Source: Candidatus Heimdallarchaeota archaeon (GTDB lineage Archaea; Asgardarchaeota; Heimdallarchaeia; Heimdallarchaeales; Heimdallarchaeaceae). Taken from it: DNA of 64,000 nt. The translations under genes were made by a program, and so were the position numbers. Below the pieces are notes generated by a model. It was not told the origin of the DNA. It saw only the letters and a program-made list of their open reading frames with translations, and made no database searches. Within the stretch, counting starts at the first letter, position 1; each line of letters opens with the position of its first letter. Shown piece after piece: positions 1 through 9,369 of the stretch. The stretch is taken from contig JAUVXV010000002.1 of the NCBI GenBank assembly GCA_030603365.1, positions 402,757 through 466,756 on the forward strand, in the 5' to 3' direction.

Positions 1-1616
1 GCAAGAGTTGCAATTATTCGAGTATTCTCTGTAACTTCCTTCAATGATGGTAGTGAGAAGAGAAGCATAACAACAGCAATCCCCATAAATGTTAAACCGA
101 TACCATTCCCCATAATTTTCTTAGAGAAAAGATATCCTAACAGTATACTAACTCCAATGAAGAATGCTCCAGTTGCACCCATAAACATCCATTGTTCTAA
201 TGATGTATCCCAACCATCAGGAACAAAAAACGAACCATAAACTAGATATTGAGATACATAGATTCCAATTCCTCCTACAATAAAAGTTAATCCTAAACCT
301 AGTGAAAAAGAACCAGTCCTCTTTGGTTTAACTTTCTTTATTCCTCTGATGACTTCTATAACATCTACTCTTGCAGCTCTTATAGCTGGAAACACACCTG
401 CTCCTACTGACAAAATCAAACCTAGAACTATTGAGTACGTTACCGCCCCAAACGTTACAGTAGGCTGAAGGATAATAAAACCCTCGAAAAATGTTTGACC
501 AATTTGGTACACTAAGAAGACAGACATTCCATAGCCTCCTGCAACTCCTAGAAATGATCCGAAAATACCCAAAACAGTAGATTCTATCAAAAATAATTGA
601 ACAATTTCTTTTCTTTTTGAGCCTATAGCTCTCAAAATACCCAATTGCTGAATTCTGTCTTCAACCTGTATAAGTTGTATATTAACTAAAAGGAGAATAC
701 CAGCAAAAATTATTAGGGCACCAAATAGATTAAAAGCAATCAGTACATCCCCTAAAATTTCTTCAGATGCTTCAAGTATTAAAGCACGAAAAGCAATAAC
801 AATGAGTCCCTTGGCTTCAGCATCTATTAATATCTTGAGTTCTTCTTCCACCTGTTTAGCATATTCATTTTCTATTGGATTTTCTTCATGATTTGCACTC
901 AGAGCAATGTTGATATCAGAACACTCATTTGATGAATAACCAACAATGGATCTTACATTATCAATACTGGTCCATATAGCTCTTCCCCCAAATTGCTTCC
1001 CCTTACCTAAATCACCTATAAAATCAATAATCTTCATATCATATGTTTTATATTCATATCTCAAAGTTCCTGTAGTATTCAACTCTGCAATTCTAATTTT
1101 AATTATAGACCCTATAGTAACATTTAGATCTTCTTGTAATTCTGACCCTAACAAAACATGAGATTCATTTGTGAAATAATTTGTTAATTGTGATTGAGAT
1201 ATCTCTGTTTCATTTTCATAATAGAACTTCCCAAACACTGGATCTTCATCCAGCTCAACCCCAACAACATTAATACCTTTTTCTAGATCTCCAGTTTCAA
1301 GATTATATACTGCTACTTCTTGCATAACTCTCGCATTTATAGCCGCAAACTCTATTTCTGATGAATTGATTTGGTCAATTATTGCGCTATAATTTTCAAT
1401 AGGAAAACCAAATCCACTGATGATAATGTCATTTTCTCCTATTGCTTCCACAAAGAAATCTAAAGCTTCTTCTGTGAAACTTGTAATCGTAATCTGAACT
1501 CCCACCATTAATGAAACCCCAAGTGAGATTGCAATTAAAGTACCTATGTTCTTTCCGAGTCTTCGTTTGAATGTTTTTCGGAAAAGATTTGTAATATAAT
1601 TCATAATAGTAACCAT
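1..1616 (-). CDS. FtsX/MacB-like ABC transporter permease (runs off the window start, C-terminus missing)
   Basis: Not in the ORF track; hand translation from ATG at 1616 (or 1604): MVTIMNYITNLFRKTFKRRLGKNIGTLIAISLGVSLMVG... with the FtsX motif VEDRIQQLGILRAIGSKRKEIVQLFLIES and AGVFPAIRAARVDVIEVIR. Confidence 0.85.
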   Translation of the reverse strand, partial: MVTIMNYITNLFRKTFKRRLGKNIGTLIAISLGVSLMVGVQITITSFTEEALDFFVEAIGENDIIISGFGFPIENYSAIIDQINSSEIEFAAINARVMQEVAVYNLETGDLEKGINVVGVELDEDPVFGKFYYENETEISQSQLTNYFTNESHVLLGSELQEDLNVTIGSIIKIRIAELNTTGTLRYEYKTYDMKIIDFIGDLGKGKQFGGRAIWTSIDNVRSIVGYSSNECSDINIALSANHEENPIENEYAKQVEEELKILIDAEAKGLIVIAFRALILEASEEILGDVLIAFNLFGALIIFAGILLLVNIQLIQVEDRIQQLGILRAIGSKRKEIVQLFLIESTVLGIFGSFLGVAGGYGMSVFLVYQIGQTFFEGFIILQPTVTFGAVTYSIVLGLILSVGAGVFPAIRAARVDVIEVIRGIKKVKPKRTGSFSLGLGLTFIVGGIGIYVSQYLVYGSFFVPDGWDTSLEQWMFMGATGAFFIGVSILLGYLFSKKIMGNGIGLTFMGIAVVMLLFSLPSLKEVTENTRIIATL

Positions 1617-1748
1617 TAAACTAAGTATTCAATGAATTTCAGTGGTTTTTCAAGTATATAAACTGTTATTTTTGTAGAAAATATTTATCAGTAATATGTT
1701 ATATATTTTAACTAAACATTCTTAAAACAGTAGTTTGGATATTTAACT

Positions 1749-2321
1749 GTGTCTGATATTTATAAAACTAAATCACCTTATATTGGCGAAAAAATAAAAC
1801 TCCGTCCTTTAGAAAAAGATGATTTAGATGATATCATGGAACATTGGAACACTTATGAATCTAGAATTGGTTTAGGTTTATTAATACCTATGTCCTCAAT
1901 GATGGAAGCTGAATTCATTGAAAGTGTTCATAATAAGGCAAAAAGCGGAAAAGAGTATGTTTTTGCAATTGAAGAAATTTCAACCGAAAATTTCCTTGGA
2001 ACTTGTGGAATAGGAACAATCAATTCTGTAAGTAGATCTGCAGAATTGGGAATTACCATTCATAATCCTGCAAACCATAGTAAAGGATATGGAACAGATA
2101 CAATGAGATGTCTTATCAGTTTTGGTTTTAATATTCTAAATCTTCATCGTATTGAGCTTTTGGTAATGGAATATAATGAACGAGCGATCCATGTTTATAA
2201 TAAAGTTGGATTCAAGGAAGTGGGAAGAAAGAGAGAGGCTCATTTTCTACAAGGTATCTATTATGATGTAGTTGTAATGGATATTCTGGAAGATGAATTT
2301 AGGAAGATCTATTCAGAATAG
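1749..2321 (+). CDS. GNAT family N-acetyltransferase (RimJ/RimL-like)
   Basis: IKLRPLEKDDL, SAELGITI, SKGYGT acetyl-CoA motif, LNLHRIELLV, NERAIHVYNKVGF. Confidence 0.9.
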   Translation: MSDIYKTKSPYIGEKIKLRPLEKDDLDDIMEHWNTYESRIGLGLLIPMSSMMEAEFIESVHNKAKSGKEYVFAIEEISTENFLGTCGIGTINSVSRSAELGITIHNPANHSKGYGTDTMRCLISFGFNILNLHRIELLVMEYNERAIHVYNKVGFKEVGRKREAHFLQGIYYDVVVMDILEDEFRKIYSE

Positions 2322-2377
2322 CATCGGACTCATACACAAATCTTATAATTAACTAGATTTTCCACATTCTGTCTCTA

Positions 2378-3940
2378 ATGAACAAAAATAGCAAAGAAGG
2401 GGCAGACGACAAGAGTACTATGAAGGTCTGGGTTCTTATTTCAGCAACAGGAATTGGAGCATTTTTAGCTTCTCTCGATGGAACTATAGTTAATATCAGC
2501 TTACCACAGATGATGGATAGTTTAGGTGTAGCACAGCATCAGATTCAGTGGGTAGTTTTATGTTATCTTCTAACTATGATTGCCTTTACAACAGTTTCAG
2601 GAGATTTGGGTGACAGATTCTCTAATAAAAAAGTCTTTCAGATCGGTATGATTGTTTTTTCATTAGCTTCGCTTCTTTGTTTTTTTGCTAGATCTTTGTT
2701 TGTCTTAGTTCTTTTCAGAATCATACAAGGTATAGGAGCTACAGGATTAGTAGCAAATGGTATGGCTATTATAACAAGGTTTACAACAAGGGAAAATAGA
2801 GGTTTAGCAATAGGATTGAACTCCTTACTTATTGCAGTTGGAATATCTTTAGGACCTATTCTTGGTGGAGCTTTAACTGAATTTCTTGACGGTGTTTTGA
2901 ATGGATATTCAGGATGGCCCTTTATATTTCTCATAAACGTACCCATTGGTTTAATTGGCTTCTTCTGGGTTCAACATATTATACCTCCTACTCCTCCTCT
3001 CCAAGAAAGTCGACGTAAAGCTGATATTCTAGGTTCAATTTCATTGTCAGGTTTTCTGTTCCTATTGGTGTTCTGTTTTAGTGTTTTTGCTAGTATATTT
3101 GATAAATTAATTTTTGGTTCAAACGCAGATATATGGACTGAAACTGGACTAACTACGAATATCAATCTATATAGTACGTTTGGTCAACATGCTTCAGTAT
3201 GGGCAGGATTGAGTTTTGCTATGAGCATAATTTTTCTTATCTTTTTTATCTTCTGGGAGAAAAAAACACCTCATCCTGTAGTCGATTTGTCAATGTTCAA
3301 GAATCGAAGGTTTACAGTTGGTATTTTTTCAGGGGTTTTAGCATATCTTGGTTTATGTGTGATTATCTATCAATTACCTTTCTTTGTTCAACAAATCCTG
3401 CATTATGATACTTTCCGAACAGGTGTAGCAATCATGGGGACACCAATTGGATTGGCACTTGCAGCTGTAGCCTCAGGAGCAGTAGCCAATAAAATTGATG
3501 TTAAATATCTTTCTACAACGGGAATCGGTATAATGATGTTAGCTCTTGTGTTAGGTGCCTTATTCATTACTGATGTTGTTCCAACAGTAGTAATAGTAAT
3601 AATATCTTCAATTATTGGAATAGCTTTGGGGATTTTCATAGCACCTAATAATACTTCTGTAATGTCAGCTGCGCCTGAAAAGAAACTTGGTATAGCCAAC
3701 AGTATGCTGAGTCTTTCAACTAATGTTGGATTCAGTTTGGGAACAGCACTAGCAACTGCTGTTTTTGTTTATACTCAAAACGTATTTCAAAGAGCTAATG
3801 GTGGTTCAATAGATGATGTCATTAACTATGTTCCAGCTATGAGAGTGCTATTTGGTGTATTTGCTGGGTTCATGCTATTCTCTACAATATTCTCATATTT
3901 CAGAGGACCAAAAATTGAGATAGAAAATAATAAGACTTGA
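2378..3940 (+). CDS. MFS drug:H+ antiporter, DHA2 (14-TM, EmrB/QacA-like)
   Basis: LDGTIVNISLP, GDLGDRFS, FRIIQGIG, GPILGG and FLINVPIG motifs; many hydrophobic segments. Confidence 0.9.
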   Translation: MNKNSKEGADDKSTMKVWVLISATGIGAFLASLDGTIVNISLPQMMDSLGVAQHQIQWVVLCYLLTMIAFTTVSGDLGDRFSNKKVFQIGMIVFSLASLLCFFARSLFVLVLFRIIQGIGATGLVANGMAIITRFTTRENRGLAIGLNSLLIAVGISLGPILGGALTEFLDGVLNGYSGWPFIFLINVPIGLIGFFWVQHIIPPTPPLQESRRKADILGSISLSGFLFLLVFCFSVFASIFDKLIFGSNADIWTETGLTTNINLYSTFGQHASVWAGLSFAMSIIFLIFFIFWEKKTPHPVVDLSMFKNRRFTVGIFSGVLAYLGLCVIIYQLPFFVQQILHYDTFRTGVAIMGTPIGLALAAVASGAVANKIDVKYLSTTGIGIMMLALVLGALFITDVVPTVVIVIISSIIGIALGIFIAPNNTSVMSAAPEKKLGIANSMLSLSTNVGFSLGTALATAVFVYTQNVFQRANGGSIDDVINYVPAMRVLFGVFAGFMLFSTIFSYFRGPKIEIENNKT

Positions 3941-3942
3941 AA

Positions 3943-4998
3943 TCAAATCTTACAGAAATTTGTTACAAGTTTTATTGTATTAATTATGTCGTCTACCAAT
4001 AGAAGACCAGCGTTAGCATGAATATATCTACAAGGAACAGATACAACTCCTGAGGGCACTCCAGCTCTTGTTCTAGATATCGCTCCAGCATCAGTTCCTC
4101 CATATGTTGGTTTCTTGTACTGCCATTTTATGTTGTCCACTTCCGCAGCTTGTTTAATCCTATCTAGTATTTTTTTTGGTACAATCAAAGATCTATCTGC
4201 AGCTGTAACAGCAGGTCCATCTCCCAATTTAGTTACTATTTTCTGATTAGGAACACCAGGAACATCACTTGCAATAGTATTTTCAAGTGCTAGAGCTATA
4301 CTTGGTTCTAATGTATAGCCAGCTACCATTGCACCTCTTCCACCAACTTCCTCTTGAACTGCGAAATTAATCAATAAGGTATGTGGAATTTCTGCATCCT
4401 TTAGTTCTTCCAGTACATGTATAATTACATTACAAGCAGTTCTATCGTCGAATGCTTTTCCTAGAAGAGTGTCATCATTAAGCTTTTTACATTCAGTATA
4501 AAATGTACCAACGGAACCAATATCCAAACCTAGGGCTAATACAGCTTTTTTATCTTTACACCCTATATCTACAAACATTTCATTAATTGCTGGAACTTGT
4601 TCTCTTTCATCGGGTTTTGTAATATGAGGTGGTGCTGCTCCTACAACACCCAGAATCTGTTCTTTTTTCACTGTTTGAAATTGTAGTAAAGCTCCTAGCA
4701 TGAGTCTTTTATCTATACCACCTAAAGTTTCAATCGTGAGAAAACCCTTATCATCTATGTGTGAGATCATAAATCCTACTTCATCAACATGACCATCTAG
4801 CATAATTCTTAATCCATTTGGATCAGTTCCTTCTTTTATTGCTAGAACATTTCCTAACGGGTCAATCCAAGCTTTATCTACACCTAATTTTTCCAACTTA
4901 ATCAGGATATAATCAGTTACTTCTTCCTCGTGTCCAGGAACTCCAATAAGATTGCTTAATTCAATTTGTGTGTTAATTACGCTCTCTCTGTTTACCAT
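3943..4998 (-). CDS. M42 family aminopeptidase (TET/FrvX-like)
   Basis: GHVDEVG, GKAFDDR, QEEVG, GGTDAG and RYIH metal-binding motifs. Confidence 0.92.
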   Translation of the reverse strand: MVNRESVINTQIELSNLIGVPGHEEEVTDYILIKLEKLGVDKAWIDPLGNVLAIKEGTDPNGLRIMLDGHVDEVGFMISHIDDKGFLTIETLGGIDKRLMLGALLQFQTVKKEQILGVVGAAPPHITKPDEREQVPAINEMFVDIGCKDKKAVLALGLDIGSVGTFYTECKKLNDDTLLGKAFDDRTACNVIIHVLEELKDAEIPHTLLINFAVQEEVGGRGAMVAGYTLEPSIALALENTIASDVPGVPNQKIVTKLGDGPAVTAADRSLIVPKKILDRIKQAAEVDNIKWQYKKPTYGGTDAGAISRTRAGVPSGVVSVPCRYIHANAGLLLVDDIINTIKLVTNFCKI

Positions 4999-5115
4999 TT
5001 TGATTTCAAAAAGAATTTTGAAAGAATTTTATTAAAACTTTCTATATGAATTGGATGATTCTGAACTAAATTTGATAAGTAGTAATCTTTATTTAATCCA
5101 ATTTTTCACTTAACG

Positions 5116-5925
5116 TTGAGTACTATGAAAATTATTGTGTTTATAGACCAGATTGTAAGCACACAAGTTAAACTTCAAGGTGTAGATTATTTTGATCCCT
5201 CAAAAGTAAATGAGGATGATTTAGTTATCAATCCAACAAGTAAAAACGCCATTGAAGGTGCTCTAAAATTGAAAGATAGTTTAGAAGCAACAGTAACTGC
5301 AGTGTGTGTAAGAGGTTTAAAACCAATCAAAGCTTTAAGAGAAGCTATTGCTATGGGATGTACTGACGCAATTGAAATTGCTGATGAAATATTATATACT
5401 GAAGATCCTTTACTTCTTGCTAAGATTTACGTAGATGTTTTGGAGAAATTCGGTGATTTTGATTTAGTTTTTCTAGGTGTTGAAGAACAATCTACAAGCT
5501 CGTATGCTGTTGGAGCAATGCTTGCAGAAAAATTAGGTTTACCTAGTGTTCTATATGCTGAGGAAATGGAAACTATTGATAGTGGTTTTCAAGTAGGACA
5601 TGTTCTAGAAGGAGGAAGAAATATTGTCACTATTCCTAAGAAAGCTCTAATAAGTGTTAGTGACAGTCAATATTTTACTCCTAGATATACTTCTATGAGA
5701 GGAATTCTAACTGCAAAAAGAGCAGAAATACCATCTTGGACAGCAGCAGACTTAGGATTAAGTACCGGTGTTGCAGGAAAAGAAGCAGCGTCTCTTCAAC
5801 AAGTCTCTTTAACCAATATTGTGATTGAAAGAGAAAGCTACATAATCAACGAAGGAGAACCTGAAGAAATGGTAGATAAGCTTCTTGCGAAATTAAAAGA
5901 AGATGAAGTTAAATTGGGAGCGTGA
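5116..5925 (+). CDS. fixA: Electron transfer flavoprotein beta subunit (EtfB/FixA), divergent; true start probably ATG at 5125
   Basis: INP..KNAIEGALKLK, LREAIAMG, PRYTSMRGILTAK; directly upstream of the alpha subunit. Confidence 0.85.
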   Translation: MSTMKIIVFIDQIVSTQVKLQGVDYFDPSKVNEDDLVINPTSKNAIEGALKLKDSLEATVTAVCVRGLKPIKALREAIAMGCTDAIEIADEILYTEDPLLLAKIYVDVLEKFGDFDLVFLGVEEQSTSSYAVGAMLAEKLGLPSVLYAEEMETIDSGFQVGHVLEGGRNIVTIPKKALISVSDSQYFTPRYTSMRGILTAKRAEIPSWTAADLGLSTGVAGKEAASLQQVSLTNIVIERESYIINEGEPEEMVDKLLAKLKEDEVKLGA

Positions 5926-5930
5926 AATAA

Positions 5931-6887
5931 ATGAAGATACTAGTATACGGACAAATCAGAGATAATTTACTTGAAGAAAATCTTCTTGGTATTCTCAATA
6001 AGCTTTCTGAGGTTTTTCAAGGTAGTGAGATTTATGCTGCAATTCTTGGAAGTCAGATTAACAACGAATGGACTGGAGAATTGGGAAAACATGGTGTTAA
6101 GAAGGTATATACTGTTGAAGCACCAGAATTAGAGAATTATCTAAGTCGTCCTTATGTTAAATCCATGCTTGAGATTATTGAAAAAGCAGAACCAACTTTA
6201 GTTATGGCTGCTGGTACTGTGTTTGGTGAAGACTTGATTCCAAGATTAGCAGTACATCATGGTGTATCATGCGCACAGAGAGTTGTAAATATCACCTTGG
6301 AAGGAGAAGATATTCTTTTCCATACACCAGTCAGAGATGATCAAGCTATGAAGATTACTAAAATTGAAGGTGTAATCAAGTTTGCAACATCACGTACTGG
6401 AGCTTTCTTTGAAAATGAAAATCCTTCAGGAAGTGCTCCTGAAATAGAAAAAGTTGAAATTTCATTTGATGCTGATGATATGGTTGTTAAGCATGTTGAA
6501 GTTAGGAAAGCAGAAAGAACAGTTAATTTGAAAGATGCCAAACTAATCGTAGCTGGAGGAAGAGGAGTAGGCGGAAAAGATAATTTCCAGATTCTTAAAG
6601 ATTTAGCTGAACTCCTTGGAGGAGAAATTGGTGCAACTCGAGCTTGTACCGATGTTCATTGGATAGAAGAAACTTATGAGATTGGACAAACTGGTCAATC
6701 AGTATCTCCTGACATATATATTGCAGCTGGAATTTCAGGTGCTCCTCAACATTTAAGCGGTGTAAAAGCAAAAACTTTTATTGCAATCAATACTGATGAG
6801 GGTGCTCCAATACTCAAGTATGCTGACTATGGAATCATTGGAGACTTACTTGTAATTTTACCCTTACTCAAGAAGAAGTTAGAGTAA
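5931..6887 (+). CDS. fixB: Electron transfer flavoprotein alpha subunit (EtfA/FixB)
   Basis: IVAGGRGVG, GATRA, IGQTG, YIAAGISGAPQH and AINTD FAD-binding motifs. Confidence 0.92.
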   Translation: MKILVYGQIRDNLLEENLLGILNKLSEVFQGSEIYAAILGSQINNEWTGELGKHGVKKVYTVEAPELENYLSRPYVKSMLEIIEKAEPTLVMAAGTVFGEDLIPRLAVHHGVSCAQRVVNITLEGEDILFHTPVRDDQAMKITKIEGVIKFATSRTGAFFENENPSGSAPEIEKVEISFDADDMVVKHVEVRKAERTVNLKDAKLIVAGGRGVGGKDNFQILKDLAELLGGEIGATRACTDVHWIEETYEIGQTGQSVSPDIYIAAGISGAPQHLSGVKAKTFIAINTDEGAPILKYADYGIIGDLLVILPLLKKKLE

Positions 6888-6906
6888 AACTTCTTTCTTT
6901 TTTTCC
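6886..6906 (+). terminator. Putative U-rich archaeal terminator after etfA
   Basis: cttctttcttttttt directly after the TAA stop. Confidence 0.4.
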
Positions 6907-6939
6907 ATTTAAATCCCCAAGATTTATATTATTTCAATT

Positions 6940-7638
6940 TTGCATATAATTGTGAAAGGAATATTCAGGAATGAAAGAGCTACTGAAATAGCAAATAATC
7001 GAACACCAATTAAATTCTTACCCAATGCTAAGATTATTCTTCATTTAATTGCAGGAAAATCATCTACAATTGATAAGAACTATAACATCGAGTTGATTTC
7101 GAGAAATCCTAAACTCCTCAAACCCATCAAATATATGGGGATGGAATTAAGTCACACTTTTGATGGTTTTCTAACTCACACTTCAGATCTTTCAGGAGTT
7201 GCTAGATCATATGTTCACCTTTATCGTAAAGGTATAATTGAAGCTGTTGAAGGAAGTCTTTTTAAACCTGTAGCATCGAATTTGGAAATCCCTAGTATTG
7301 CATTCGAAGAAGAGATTCTGAAAGCTGTCCCTGATTATATTGAAGTTTTCAAACAAATTTCTGTTAATCCTCCTTTCAGTATTTATTTAACTTTAGTCCA
7401 GATTCGAGATTATACGATGAAATTGAATAAAGAAATTCTTGGTGTTCATCCTGTTCCTGTTGATAGAGATGAACTAAGACTACCAGAGATTTTTATTGAA
7501 GATTATGAACAAACAGTAGATATTCCCAGACTTTTTCAACCTTGGTTTGATGAAATATGGACTGTTTGTGGAATGTTCAAATCTTTCAATTACGATGAAC
7601 ATGGGAATTGGGGTTATGGATTGAACTCTAACAAGTGA
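6940..7638 (+). CDS. Hypothetical protein resembling the C-terminal region of AlbA_2/Schlafen-domain proteins, with no AlbA_2 domain
   Basis: FRNER..I, AKIILHLI, SYVHLYRKGIIEAV, IPSIAFE, PPFSIYLTL and FDEIW..CG pattern recognised from memory. Confidence 0.5.
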   Translation: MHIIVKGIFRNERATEIANNRTPIKFLPNAKIILHLIAGKSSTIDKNYNIELISRNPKLLKPIKYMGMELSHTFDGFLTHTSDLSGVARSYVHLYRKGIIEAVEGSLFKPVASNLEIPSIAFEEEILKAVPDYIEVFKQISVNPPFSIYLTLVQIRDYTMKLNKEILGVHPVPVDRDELRLPEIFIEDYEQTVDIPRLFQPWFDEIWTVCGMFKSFNYDEHGNWGYGLNSNK

Positions 7639-7695
7639 AATCGTAATTTGACAAGTAGTATGATTTATAAATCGATATTTTGAACTCAAAGCATA

Positions 7696-8991
7696 ATGTC
7701 AGAAGAATATGATTTTGATGTTGCTATAGTTGGTGCAGGACCAGCAGGTATTGCAGCAGCTTTGACACTAGCACGAGCAGGAATAGAAACAGTTGTTCTA
7801 GAAAGAGGTCAATATCCTGGTTCTAAAAATGTTAGTGGCGCAGCACTTTATGGTCCAGTACTACACGAACTAGTCCCAAACTACTGGGAAGATGACAAAT
7901 CATTTGAAAGATACCTAACAACTAAGAAAATTTCTTTACTTTCTGAATCACGTTCTGTAACAATAGATGCAGATCTTAGAAATTTTTCTCAACCACCATA
8001 TAATGGAGTTACAGTAATCAGACCTAAATTTGACAGATGGTTAGCAGAAAAAGCTGAAGAAGCAGGAGCTATGATTCTTCCAGATACCATGGTAGAGGAT
8101 TTAGTATGGAAAGAAAAACAAGTTGTTGGTGTTAAATCAGGTGAAGAGGAACTCAAAGCTAAACTAATTATCATAGCTGAAGGAGCTAATAGTCTATTAG
8201 TTGAAAAAGCAAATTTGATGAAGAAACCCAAACCTAAGCATTATGCTTTAGGTATGAAAGAAACATATGAACTTTCTAGTAAGAAAATAGAAGAAAGATT
8301 TCATCTTAGTGAGAATGAAGGTATAAGTAATGAAATTCTAGGGCATACCAAAGGTATTCCAGGAGGAGGTTTTTACTATACAAATAAAGAGACAGTCTCT
8401 TTTGGTTTGATTTTGAACATGGATGTCTTGACTAAAAAGAAACTTGAAGCTCCAGATGTTTTTGAAGAATTCAAGAATCACTCTTACATAAGTAAACTTC
8501 TCAAAGATGCAAAGATGGTAGAATATTCCGCTCATATTATTCCAGAAGGTGGTTTTAAGCACATGCCAAAGCTGTATGGTAATGGTGTTTTAGTTGCTGG
8601 TGATGCAGCTGGAATGGTATTAAACGCTGGACTCTACATTGAAGGAATCAATTTTGCTTTAGAATCAGGCAGAATAGCTGGTGAATCAGCAATAGAAATT
8701 CTCAAATCTAATAAATTCAATAAAAGTGGTACAAAATTGTACAAAAAGAATCTTAAGAAAAGTTTTGCTTACAAAGATTTGAAAACATTCAGAAGAGCTT
8801 CGCATTTCTTAGAAAATAAGCATATGTTCACTACAGTGCCAGATTTATTAACAGTATTAATGGAGAAACTTCTAAGAAATGATGGAAAACCCAGAAAAAG
8901 AATCGTTATGACTGCCATTGGTCATATACTAAGAAAAACACCTCTTTGGGGGATGTTTAAACTGTTATTAGGAGCGGTGAGATCATTATGA
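7696..8991 (+). CDS. fixC: FixC-type ETF:quinone oxidoreductase flavoprotein
   Basis: DVAIVGAGPAG Rossmann fold, ERGQYPGSKN, R.KFDRWLAEKAE, EYSAHIIPEGG, LVAGDAAG; overlaps fixX (ATGA). Confidence 0.9.
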   Translation: MSEEYDFDVAIVGAGPAGIAAALTLARAGIETVVLERGQYPGSKNVSGAALYGPVLHELVPNYWEDDKSFERYLTTKKISLLSESRSVTIDADLRNFSQPPYNGVTVIRPKFDRWLAEKAEEAGAMILPDTMVEDLVWKEKQVVGVKSGEEELKAKLIIIAEGANSLLVEKANLMKKPKPKHYALGMKETYELSSKKIEERFHLSENEGISNEILGHTKGIPGGGFYYTNKETVSFGLILNMDVLTKKKLEAPDVFEEFKNHSYISKLLKDAKMVEYSAHIIPEGGFKHMPKLYGNGVLVAGDAAGMVLNAGLYIEGINFALESGRIAGESAIEILKSNKFNKSGTKLYKKNLKKSFAYKDLKTFRRASHFLENKHMFTTVPDLLTVLMEKLLRNDGKPRKRIVMTAIGHILRKTPLWGMFKLLLGAVRSL

Positions 8992-9290
8992 GCAAAGTAC
9001 AATCTATTGAGGAAAAATTGGATCTAACAAAGTTTATATCAGATCAGAATTATGCACATATTACTATTAATCCAGAGATTTGTAAATCGAAATGTACTAC
9101 ATTCCAATGTGTATATGGGTGTCCTTCAAGTTGTTACAAATTTACCGAAGGTGACGAAGCTGAAGGACCTGTATCTTTTGATTACATTTCTTGTCTGGAA
9201 TGTGGTACCTGTAAACTTGTATGTCCTCATGAAAGTGTTGAATGGCACTATCCTAAGGGCGGATTTGGTGTTGAATTCAAACATAGTTAA
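8988..9290 (+). CDS. fixX: FixX ferredoxin-like protein
   Basis: CKSKCTTFQCVYGCP and CLECGTCKLVCP; C-terminal WHYPKGGFGVEF is typical of FixX. Confidence 0.9.
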   Translation: MSKVQSIEEKLDLTKFISDQNYAHITINPEICKSKCTTFQCVYGCPSSCYKFTEGDEAEGPVSFDYISCLECGTCKLVCPHESVEWHYPKGGFGVEFKHS

Positions 9291-9369
9291 TTTTCTTAAA
9301 GCCAGATAGAAATATCTGAGCTTTAAGTTATCACATTTTTTCATCCTTAAATATTCAAAAAACCTTTTT

